Part shown: positions 54,528 to 62,861 of the stretch, in pieces
Layout: the number at the start of each line of letters is the position of its first letter
Position numbering within the stretch: position 1 is the stretch's first letter
Notes under the pieces: model-generated
Told to the model about the DNA's origin: nothing
The model's input: the letters and a program-made list of their open reading frames with translations, nothing else
The model's database searches: none
Virus record (IMG/VR): IMGVR_UViG_3300036826_000261
Coordinates: 8,693-72,692 of that record
Source: a virus
Direction: 5' to 3' (one strand)
Length of the DNA stretch: 64,000 nucleotides
Made by a program: the position numbers and the translations under genes

Positions 54528-56488
54528 GCATGGCAGGCGTGGCCGGGCCGGGTTGTCCCCGGTGTGGCAGAGCATGGCAGCGCAGGGTTGACATGGCAGG
54601 GCAGGCAGGGTCCGTCGTGGTCGCGCGGGATTGGGCGGGGCAAGGCACGGCACGATGCTGGTCTGGCGAGGCGTGGCAGGCATGGCTGGATCAGGCGTGA
54701 CGAAGCTTGGTGTAGCTAGGCCGGGTGCAGTGTAGGCATGGCGAGGCAGGCGCGGCGGGACAAGGTCCGATATGGCGTGGCGCGGTCTGGTTCGGTCTGG
54801 CCGGGTTTGGCAGGCAAGGTGCGTCGAGGCCAAACATGGTGTGACAAGGTACGGCGCGGCCTGATCTGGGCTCGACTGGGCAGGCGCGGTGGGTTCTGGC
54901 TCGACATGGTTAGGCGAGGCCCGGTGATGCCCGGCATGTTGAAGTGCGTCCTGGCAGGCGTGGCGGGGGTGCGTGCGAGGCGGGACCGGGCAAGGTCGGG
55001 CACGTTATATGGTCTGGCTGGGCACGGCTTGGCGGGTCACGGCAAGGCACGGCCGGCAAGGTTTGTCCGGAACCGGTTTGGCTTGGCGAGATGCGATTAG
55101 GCGAGGCGAAGCGAGGCCGGCTAAGCGTGACTTGGTCGGGTAGACGTGGCCGGGCACGGTAGCGGCGTGGATCGGCCGGCGACGCTAGGCTTGTCGTCGA
55201 TCGGCATGACATGGCGCGGCACGGCGAGGCGTGGTTCGGCCGGCGCGATTAGGTGTGGTCGGAATCGGCATGGCTCGGTGTCGCGTGGTCTGGCGTGGCT
55301 CGGCTGGGCCGGCTGGCGGGATTTGGCTTGATGCGGTCAGGCAAGGTCCGGCCCGGATCGGCGCGGCATGGCCGGCGTGGTCTGGCTTGAAGTGGTTGGG
55401 ATTAGGCGTGGCGCGGTATGACGCGGTGAGGCAGGCGGGGAGTGGCTAGACGTGGCTGCGCGCAACAAGGTCGGTCAAGTCCTGGTTTAGGCGTGGTGTG
55501 ACGCTGTGAGGCAGGCAAGGCCCGGACGGGCAAGACCGGATTAGGCATGGCGATGCTGGGCCGGCGGGGCACGGTGGAGGCCCGGACGGGCACGGCCGGG
55601 CAAGGCGTGGCAATGCAAGGCAGGCAAGACTTGGCAGGGCGCGGCCCGGCGAGAAATGGTTTGGCGCGGCGCGGCAGGCATGGCAGGGCGATACATGGTC
55701 AGGCGAAGCACGGCACAGCAGGGCAGGCGGGACTGGGTGTTCTGGGCACGGCTGGGCACGGCCGAAGCATGGCCGGCGAGGCTTGTCCTGGCACGGCGGG
55801 GCTGAGGCGTGGCAGCGTTTAGGCGCGGCCGGCGAGGCTTGTCCTGATTCGGCGGGGCTCGGCTTAGGCGCGGCCGGGTCGGTCACGGCAAGGCAGGCAC
55901 GGCTAGGCGTGGCAGGGAGCGGCAACGCCGGGTCGGGCGTGGCTGGGCTAGGCGACGGCGAGGCGAGGCGTGGTGCGGCAGGCGCGGCATGACAAGGCGC
56001 TGTGAGACCCGGCTTGGCAGGGTGCGGTACGGCATGGCTCGGCAGCGCTAGGCTTGGCAGGCACAGGTGATGCGGCGCGCGACAAGGCGGGACAGGGCGA
56101 GGCCGGCGCGGCATGAAAAGGCGCGGCGCGTTCGGGTGCAGCGCGGCGGGGTTGCGGCAAGGCACGGCTCGGCAGGACCGGCGGGGCTGGGCGTGTCTGG
56201 GCACGGCTCGGCGCGGCACGGCACGGTCCGGCAACGCCGGCAGCGCTGGGCGAGACATGGCATGGCTTGGCGGGGCTGGACACGGTGAGGCGAGGCAGGC
56301 GCGATCTGGCGTGGTTTGGCGTGGCGGGGCGAGGTACGAGCTGGGCGAGGCGAGGCAGGCGTGGTCGGGCGCAACGCGATGTGGTGTGACTGGTCGCGGC
56401 TCGCTGCGGTACGGCCCGGCAGGCGGGACTGGGCGTTGCTGGATCAGGTTCGGCCCGGCATGGCTAGGCGTGGCAGGCGGCGCAGGCG
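54525..56488 (+). ncRNA. GGY-NN pentamer array, block 2 (about 30 units)
   Basis: Continuous 5-nt periodicity of GG(C/T)NN with GGCA/GGCC tetramer separators about every 45-85 nt; only low-complexity spurious ORFs. Confidence 0.9.
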
Positions 56489-56522
56489 CTGATTATCCGT
56501 TAGAAAAAAGGAATCCCAACTG

Positions 56523-56846
56523 ATGGACGACAAGGATTTCGTACGTTTTGTCGAGCTGGCCGAGCAGGAGCTTGTTGCGCGCGGCCAGATCATCGAAGCT
56601 GGTTTTTCCGGCTTCAAGCTCATCTTCGAGCAGAACTGGTCGCCCGAAACCGAACGGCTGAGCCGCATCGCGTTCTATGCCGGCGCACAGCATCTGTACG
56701 TGACCCTGATGCGGATCATGGATCAGGGCATCGAACCGACCGAGGCTGACATGGCGCGGATGGCGCGGGTGCACGATGAGCTTGCGCGCTTCGAAGAAAC
56801 CATTTTGCAACCGGCAGCGAAGAAGTACAGAGAACGCAGAAACTGA
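56523..56846 (+). CDS. hypothetical protein
   Basis: AAGGA RBS; R.AFYAGA.HL motif. Confidence 0.65.
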   Translation: MDDKDFVRFVELAEQELVARGQIIEAGFSGFKLIFEQNWSPETERLSRIAFYAGAQHLYVTLMRIMDQGIEPTEADMARMARVHDELARFEETILQPAAKKYRERRN

Positions 56847-56883
56847 TCACACTCATGCCATCCAGACTTCGACGATCTTGGGG

Positions 56884-57081
56884 TCATGAAACGCGGTCGT
56901 CAACATCGGCGCCTCTCACGGATGTCGCGCAAGCGATCAGCGCGCAGCCGAGATGTTCGGCCTGCTGCGGTGTCAGCCACACGGTGTCGCTCGGCAGATC
57001 GATATACACATAGCCCTCGCCGTTGTCACAGCACGTGACAGAAGCTTCGGGATCGCAGTAGCTGGCGCGTTCGCGCGTCAT
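56884..57081 (-). CDS. hypothetical protein
   Basis: V.LTP.QA..LG.ALI pattern. Confidence 0.5.
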   Translation of the reverse strand: MTRERASYCDPEASVTCCDNGEGYVYIDLPSDTVWLTPQQAEHLGCALIACATSVRGADVDDRVS

Positions 57082-57313
57082 GTTTCGAGACCTTCATCAT
57101 TGCAAGGAGATCGCTGCACAGATCGATCAGCTTCGACAGCAGCCATATCTCGATCATCAGCAGGATCAACAGTACGCCGAGCAGCGGCGCGATGTAGACC
57201 ACCGCAATGCACAGCACCTCGCAGGCATCGCGAAAAAAGGACGAGAGGCATTTGCGCCCTCTCGTCCGAGTATTCCGGTGAACGCGGATCGAGCCCCCGG
57301 AAATCGGCGTCAC
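57026..57313 (-). CDS. putative membrane protein
   Basis: Hydrophobic central segment; coupled to upstream ORF. Confidence 0.4.
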   Translation of the reverse strand: MTPISGGSIRVHRNTRTRGRKCLSSFFRDACEVLCIAVVYIAPLLGVLLILLMIEIWLLSKLIDLCSDLLAMMKVSKHDARTRQLLRSRSFCHVL

Positions 57314-57579
57314 GTCGCTTCGTCTTGCTGCCTCGATCTCAGCGCGTCGTCCTGTCGGCGAACGTTTTCACAGTAATCACTCAGCGTGGTGTTGCGGTCG
57401 TACATCGCGGTGCCCTTCTCACAGATGCGGCCGTTGCTGGCGGCAGCGGCAATGTTCTCGATGGCCTTTTGCAACAGACTGATGCGATTCATCAAGCGGG
57501 AATTGTGCGCGATCGAACGTGACAATTGCGCGGCGATCGCCTGATCGGCGCGCGCGATCCGTGACTGTTCGGTCGTCAT
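57310..57579 (-). CDS. hypothetical coiled-coil protein
   Basis: GAGG RBS before MTTEQSR. Confidence 0.5.
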   Translation of the reverse strand: MTTEQSRIARADQAIAAQLSRSIAHNSRLMNRISLLQKAIENIAAAASNGRICEKGTAMYDRNTTLSDYCENVRRQDDALRSRQQDEAT

Positions 57580-57595
57580 GATCGGCGCCTCTCGG

Positions 57596-58048
57596 TCAGA
57601 GCTGTCCGCGCGCCACAGCGCGAAAATAGCCTGCTTCAGCTTCGGCAGCGTTCGCATAGGTGCCGTCTTCTCGTATTCCGACAAGGATCGGTGGCGGCAA
57701 AGGTATGACGTGATTCGGGTGGCGCCAGAGGTGCAGCACGCGAGGGTTATTGTCAATCCATTGCGATCTCGGCACGTGCAGTTGAAGCACGGTTTCCTCC
57801 GGCTCGAAAAACATGTCCTTGGCCATGCTCATTTCGGTCCAGTTCGGAATCCGATGGCGCACCGACACCGAGACGTGCTCCCAGCCTTCGGCGCGCGGAT
57901 CAAGACCATCGGACGCGATGATGCGCAAATCGGCGCCGGTCGGGCCTCGGATCAGGAAAGCGCCGTTCGGGCCGTGGCCGATCTCGAACCCTGGCACCTT
58001 GATCCGCTTGGCTTCAACCTCCGGGGGTAAGATTTTGCGCATGGACAT
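57596..58048 (-). CDS. conserved phage protein
   Basis: GWEHVSVS...R.P.W.EM...KD.FF..EE....HVP......N....LHLWR. Confidence 0.7.
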   Translation of the reverse strand: MSMRKILPPEVEAKRIKVPGFEIGHGPNGAFLIRGPTGADLRIIASDGLDPRAEGWEHVSVSVRHRIPNWTEMSMAKDMFFEPEETVLQLHVPRSQWIDNNPRVLHLWRHPNHVIPLPPPILVGIREDGTYANAAEAEAGYFRAVARGQL

Positions 58049-58258
58049 TTCTCCAAAGGCAAGCAGCATGATGGGCGAGGGGGGTAGGGTCGCCATCATG
58101 CTGCCGTGCATCGACGCTAGGTTGCCCTAGCGCTGGGACCGCGGACCCACCAGCAATCCGCGGCCCCATCCACCGGAACGATCCGACGCTTGCGACGTCG
58201 AACCGTCCGGCGACGCACCTGCCACGGGATGAGCAAAGACCCGTGACAGAGTCTCGAC

Positions 58259-58627
58259 TTAAGGCAGTACGTTCGTAAAGCCGCCGCCGACATTGGCGCC
58301 GGCATTCGCACCGGCGGCGATGGCCGCAGCCGAACCGCCGAGTGCACCGGCCGTGAAAGTGCTGGAAGCACCGAGGTTCGAGTTCTGACCGATACCGGCC
58401 GTCAACGAGCCCGCAGGCGTGTTGACCGCGACACCGGCCGCCGTGCCGCCATTGACCTGCGTACCGGCTGCGACGCCGATAGCGAGACCTTGGGACGCGA
58501 CTTGCGACGCCTGCTGCGTGGTGGCAAAGCTGCCAGCGCCGCCGATGGCGAGCTGTGACGCTGCGTGCGCCGGGACGGCGAACGCGAACAGCGCCAGAAC
58601 GGATGCACTTGCAATCAATTTACGCAT
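58259..58627 (-). CDS. exported Gly/Ala-rich protein
   Basis: Signal peptide MRKLIASASVLALFAFAVPAHA. Confidence 0.65.
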   Translation of the reverse strand: MRKLIASASVLALFAFAVPAHAASQLAIGGAGSFATTQQASQVASQGLAIGVAAGTQVNGGTAAGVAVNTPAGSLTAGIGQNSNLGASSTFTAGALGGSAAAIAAGANAGANVGGGFTNVLP

Positions 58628-58728
58628 AGTCTCTTCCTTCATTGCTGCCGACAAAAGATCAGCGGTCCCGATCACGGCAGTGACGATCGGGGCGCAACGT
58701 GCCGGCTGGTGCGGCGCCGTTCAGGGAA

Positions 58729-59472
58729 TCAGTTCTTTGCCCACATACGGCAGAGATGTCTCTTCACGTTATACTCGTAGCAAACCCTCTCCTTGCCGGT
58801 CTTGCCGTCGATCAGATTGATCGGCGTGCCCGGCACGTACAATTTGTCGATTTCGGCTTGTTCGGTCTCGGATGCCTGCATGACGACAGGCGGTGGCCCG
58901 GCCGGATTGTAGGCTGGTCCGCCGAAGATCGGACCGGGTCCTGCAGCGGCCGATTGAACTTGCGGTAGATATTGTTGGCATACCGCCGGATTGGCGTAGC
59001 GAACCGATTCCTGCTCGCACATTACGCCTACGGCCATTTGACGGAGATTCATGTTCCAGAGCAGTTGCGCGTTTTGCCGTGCCGTGCAGCCGCGATCCTC
59101 GATGGTGCCGCCGAACGTGAGGCCGAATCCGGTGACGGCGCCGCCGCCCGACACCGATCCGAGACAACTGCCGAACGAGCTTGTCAGGCCGGGCGCCGAA
59201 ATCTGCGGCGTGGTGTCGATCCTTTGATGGCCGTTGAGGGTCGTGGTGGTGGTGCTCGCAGTCTGCGCCGGAGCGCCTGCGATATTGACGTTGCCGCCGG
59301 TGGCGACCGCTTGGCCGCCGGTGGCGTTGCCACCGCCGATCGCGGTGGAGCTTGAGCGCGACAGCGCCGCGGAATTCGATCGCGAATTGGCGATGCCGAT
59401 CGCGGTTTGCGCGTGCACGGAGGTGACGCCGACAGCCGCCCACACGGCGGCAGTCCAGATAATGCGTTTCAT
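58729..59472 (-). CDS. exported protein with low-complexity N-terminus and Cys-containing domain
   Basis: Signal peptide MKRIIWTAAVWAAVGVTSVHA; APGL....CLGSVSGG....G.TFGGT..D..C. Confidence 0.65.
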   Translation of the reverse strand: MKRIIWTAAVWAAVGVTSVHAQTAIGIANSRSNSAALSRSSSTAIGGGNATGGQAVATGGNVNIAGAPAQTASTTTTTLNGHQRIDTTPQISAPGLTSSFGSCLGSVSGGGAVTGFGLTFGGTIEDRGCTARQNAQLLWNMNLRQMAVGVMCEQESVRYANPAVCQQYLPQVQSAAAGPGPIFGGPAYNPAGPPPVVMQASETEQAEIDKLYVPGTPINLIDGKTGKERVCYEYNVKRHLCRMWAKN

Positions 59473-59623
59473 GGCTGAGAACCTCGCCCCGTTATTGCCC
59501 TGACAATACCCTAATCGTGGCAGGCTCGACAATCGAGGACAAGACTCCGAGCGGGCATATCGGACCGGAACAGCCCGCAGTGTGATTTTGCGGTCACATG
59601 TTCATCAGCCGTTCATTCGCGCG

Positions 59624-60199
59624 TCACACGTCCGGTTCGCCATCGTCCGACGTGTTTGTTTCGGACGCTGCGGGCTCGCCCTCGTCGATTGACGGTGTGC
59701 GCGCCCTGATCCGGGCGATCGCCTGCTGCGCGGCGCGGCGGGCGTCGTCGGCGAGCTTGGAGGATTTCTGAATCTCGGCGGACACCGCCTGTGCTTCCTG
59801 GCGATAGGCCATCGCCGCTCGGTGGCATTCCTTGACCACGGCGCTGATCTTGATCTGTACCTGTTCGTTGTCCTTGATCACCACCATGGTGTCTTGATCA
59901 CAGCGATGCGCCAAGCTTATCAGCTCTTGGGCCATCGCTTCCATGGCTTTCGCGGTCTGCTCGTACTGGATGGCCATCGCTTGCGCCGACATCTGGCCAG
60001 CGTCGCTGACGCCCGCGAGCGGCTGGACGAGCGCGGGAATGTCGCGCAGCCGCCGCACCGGCGATTGGGTCTGCTGCACCAAGGAGCTGATCGCGCTTTC
60101 CACGTCGTCGTCATCGTCGAATGGCGGCTCTTGTTGCGGCTGCGGTTGTTGACGTGCGAAGATCATCGACTTGCCCTCCGGTTTCTGGTCGTCGGTCAT
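59624..60199 (-). CDS. coiled-coil hypothetical protein
   Basis: Long Ala-rich heptads. Confidence 0.6.
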   Translation of the reverse strand: MTDDQKPEGKSMIFARQQPQPQQEPPFDDDDDVESAISSLVQQTQSPVRRLRDIPALVQPLAGVSDAGQMSAQAMAIQYEQTAKAMEAMAQELISLAHRCDQDTMVVIKDNEQVQIKISAVVKECHRAAMAYRQEAQAVSAEIQKSSKLADDARRAAQQAIARIRARTPSIDEGEPAASETNTSDDGEPDV

Positions 60200-60204
60200 G
60201 GTGA

Positions 60205-60474
60205 TTAGTTCGCTTTACACAGCAGCGTGACGCTGTAGGGATCGTCGCGCCGGCCGGCGACGGTGATCAACCCGCGCAATCCGCATCGCGTGCAGACCAC
60301 CAGCCAGTCGCCGCAGCGTGGCGCCGGGTACGGCAGCGAAACATGACAGTGGCGCGCGATCACCGGCGCGCCGCGCGTCAGGTCCAGCGCCACGCCGTTC
60401 GGAAAAGCGGGATCAGCGGGCTTGGTGGCTTCGCGTCCCTTGTCGATGAACGTCACTTTGAACTGTTCGGTCAT
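60205..60474 (-). CDS. small Zn-finger-like protein
   Basis: LPYPAPRCG.W.V.C.RCG. Confidence 0.6.
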   Translation of the reverse strand: MTEQFKVTFIDKGREATKPADPAFPNGVALDLTRGAPVIARHCHVSLPYPAPRCGDWLVVCTRCGLRGLITVAGRRDDPYSVTLLCKAN

Positions 60475-60788
60475 GGACTGTTCAGCCGATCGACCACCAC
60501 GCCGATGATCGACATCGCATCGTTGTTGCTGTCGCGGGTCAGCGCGTGCCTGATGGTGTCCAGCTCCACGCCGTGCTGCAGGCACAGCGACAGCAGGATG
60601 GCGCTGTCGCGGGCGATCGCTTCGATCTGCTCACCGCTCTTGCCGCCGGTGATGAACACCTCGCCGGGCTGGTCGTCGGCATAGTAGCCGATCGAGACGG
60701 TGTGCGGCGCGCGCAAGCCGCCGAACGGCACATCAAAGGTCTCGATGCGCCGTCGCTTCGGCAGCAATCGGCGCTGGGTCTCGGTCAT
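60471..60788 (-). CDS. stand-alone TSCPD-like domain (class II RNR C-terminal)
   Basis: R..LP.RR..ETF..G.Y.D..PGEVFI..GK.G......D.AI..SL.LQHGV. Confidence 0.75.
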   Translation of the reverse strand: MTETQRRLLPKRRRIETFDVPFGGLRAPHTVSIGYYADDQPGEVFITGGKSGEQIEAIARDSAILLSLCLQHGVELDTIRHALTRDSNNDAMSIIGVVVDRLNSP

Positions 60789-60943
60789 CCGTTGCAGCTC
60801 TTCTGTTTTTGCGCGTGCAGTTCGGAATCTTCATCATTGGTGAAAGCATGGCACCGGACGCAATAGGCGTGGATGATGTCATTCGCGTTATAGCTCACAA
60901 AGCCGCAACGCGGGCAGGTGAACGATGGCGGTGCGTTTTTCAT
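60785..60943 (-). CDS. small Zn-ribbon protein
   Basis: FTCPRCG.VSYN.ND....YC.RCH. Confidence 0.6.
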   Translation of the reverse strand: MKNAPPSFTCPRCGFVSYNANDIIHAYCVRCHAFTNDEDSELHAQKQKSCNG

Positions 60944-61149
60944 TCGCTGCGGGCTTTCAGAAAGGCGATCGTGGCGCGGGCTTCCTCGATCCACGCCTCG
61001 ATGCCGGCGATGGTCTCGCGAGCCTTGAGCCGGTCGCGCACGGTCTTGTCGCGAATGCCCTGCAAGGTCGGCAGCTCGACCAGCGGCGGCGGCGACACGA
61101 TGGCGGTCGCCACGCGCACGGCCGGCGGTTTCGGTTTACGCTTCGGCAT
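60940..61149 (-). CDS. hypothetical protein
   Basis: Coupled small ORF. Confidence 0.5.
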   Translation of the reverse strand: MPKRKPKPPAVRVATAIVSPPPLVELPTLQGIRDKTVRDRLKARETIAGIEAWIEEARATIAFLKARSE

Positions 61150-61468
61150 AGACTCGGGCCTTGCTCTTCGGGTTGTTCTTTGCGCGCTTGGCCGGCACCA
61201 GACGGTTATTCCAACCGCGCAGCTTGTTGGGCCGGGTGGTGCGCTCGATCCGCCATGCTTCTTTGTTGCGCTCCAGCTTCATGCCGAGCGTGATGATGGC
61301 GCGGCTGAGCACGATGCCGGCATGAATTGGCGCTTCGATATTGCCTGTGTAAACCTTCGGCATCAGATCGGTGGACGTCATGTTGCCTTGCTTCTTCAGC
61401 AGAGCCTTGAAGATGGCCAACTCCATCGGTGAGTAGTTGTTTCCTTTCAGACTCTCGTGGGTGCTCAT
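61136..61468 (-). CDS. putative winged-helix DNA-binding protein
   Basis: YSP.ELAIF..L.......S.DL...VY pattern. Confidence 0.5.
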   Translation of the reverse strand: MSTHESLKGNNYSPMELAIFKALLKKQGNMTSTDLMPKVYTGNIEAPIHAGIVLSRAIITLGMKLERNKEAWRIERTTRPNKLRGWNNRLVPAKRAKNNPKSKARVYAEA

Positions 61469-61634
61469 GATGTTTGTTTCAACCTTGGTTGGTGGGTTTT
61501 GTTTGTCGGCAAAGTAGCAGAACTAAGGAAATAAACAAGTTGCTGTGGAACTCGAACGATCTCGACATCATTCTGATTGCAGCAGTGCTGGCGACGATCA
61601 TCGCGCTGGTGATCATCGATCGCGAACTCTAGGG

Positions 61635-61853
61635 CTATTTATTTGCTTTCTTTTTACCGTCAAGAGCGGTGGTTAGGGCGGCGGCTATTTGCTGGACAGC
61701 CTCAAATTCCATTCTGCGCATTTCTATGGGATCGAGTGGCGTTCTTTGGTTGCCAGCTTGCTCGATCCTGGCACACGCTGAACTGAAAACTCGACGAGCT
61801 TTGTTTAAAGCGCTGTCACCTCTAAGCAATTCCATCACTTCTGCATCAGTCAT
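61635..61853 (-). CDS. hypothetical protein
   Basis: Coupled small ORF. Confidence 0.5.
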   Translation of the reverse strand: MTDAEVMELLRGDSALNKARRVFSSACARIEQAGNQRTPLDPIEMRRMEFEAVQQIAAALTTALDGKKKANK

Positions 61854-62065
61854 CGGCGCTTCTCCGGGGTTGACGTGCCGAGCGTGTTGCCGCGCGCGTC
61901 ACGATAGGTCTTGTTGCCGACGCTATCGATGGTCACGGTGCCGAGCGTGTTGCCGCGATTGTCGCGGAAGGTCTGCTGGCGCGGCTCGGCGTGCGTGTGC
62001 GACCACGCCATCAGCAGATAGATCAGTACGACCACAGCCGCTAAAATTCTCACGTCCAACATCAT
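61850..62065 (-). CDS. small exported protein with RD.RGNTLGT repeats
   Basis: Signal-like N-terminus; two RD.RGNTLGT repeats. Confidence 0.55.
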   Translation of the reverse strand: MMLDVRILAAVVVLIYLLMAWSHTHAEPRQQTFRDNRGNTLGTVTIDSVGNKTYRDARGNTLGTSTPEKRR

Positions 62066-62068
62066 AGT

Positions 62069-62281
62069 TCAGCTTATCCTTAGCTTGTTTTTCCATTTGG
62101 CGACGCAATTTGGGCAAGCATGTTTCCACAGTCCGTTGTCGTTGAAGACACGCCAACCGAAAAAATTGACCGCCACGCGTTGCGCTCGCATGCGATTGGA
62201 ATTGCTGACTGGCGTGGATTGTGCCGGGCAGCTATCGCATTTAATAAACGCGCGCTTGCTGTCGGTTTCGCTGGCGGTCAT
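62069..62281 (-). CDS. small Zn-finger protein
   Basis: CDSC ... GW ... H.CPNC. Confidence 0.55.
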   Translation of the reverse strand: MTASETDSKRAFIKCDSCPAQSTPVSNSNRMRAQRVAVNFFGWRVFNDNGLWKHACPNCVAKWKNKLRIS

Positions 62282-62841
62282 AAGAAATCTCTTCGCATCT
62301 CACGGATCAATTCGGCGTAGCGCTCCATGAACGCATCCTTGGCGTCGCGCGGCGACCAGCACGGCAGCGCCGGCAGCTCGAACGGCGTGCAGCCGGGGAA
62401 GATGTCCCACGAGGTGTGCCCGGGCGGCATCAAGAGCTTGATCTCGGTGAGCAGCATGCGCCGGTCCGCGATATCGATCTCGTCCGGCAGCGGATAGCTG
62501 ACGCCGAGCCGTTCGAACACCACGCTCTCGATGCGTTTCTCGATCACCTTGTAGTCCGGCAGCAACGCCTTCAACGGCCGCGCGACGTCATGAACGAAGG
62601 CTTCCGCGGCGTCGTGCAGCAGCGCGTTGTACGCCTGCTCCGGCGCGACCATCTGACTGACAAGCACCGAATGCTCGGCGACCGAATAGAACGCGCGGCA
62701 ATGGCCGGTGAAGCGGCAGAGATTGCTGAGCGCATGCGCGATGTCCTCGATGGTGAAATTGCATTCTTCCGGGTTGGTGAAATCGAAGTTGTTGCCGCTG
62801 TACAGCGTGATGGTCGGATTAATGGATTGTCGAATGGTCAC
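62278..62841 (-). CDS. HD-domain phosphohydrolase (phage YfdR/YfbR-like)
   Basis: IEDIAHALS..CRF.GH...FYSVAEHS..ALLHDAAEA..D...PLK..AD..ML.TE; GTG start with GAGAGG RBS. Confidence 0.88.
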   Translation of the reverse strand: MTIRQSINPTITLYSGNNFDFTNPEECNFTIEDIAHALSNLCRFTGHCRAFYSVAEHSVLVSQMVAPEQAYNALLHDAAEAFVHDVARPLKALLPDYKVIEKRIESVVFERLGVSYPLPDEIDIADRRMLLTEIKLLMPPGHTSWDIFPGCTPFELPALPCWSPRDAKDAFMERYAELIREMRRDFL

Positions 62842-62861
62842 GTGAACCTCTCTTGCTTGGT

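Noticed and set aside
54049-56488. Canonical CRISPR array
   Set aside because: No identical 25-40 nt direct repeats separated by spacers, and no adaptation genes
54486-56523. Many overlapping Arg/Gly/Ala/Pro-rich ORFs on both strands
   Set aside because: By-products of the GGY-NN repeat; no RBS, low complexity, no consistent frame
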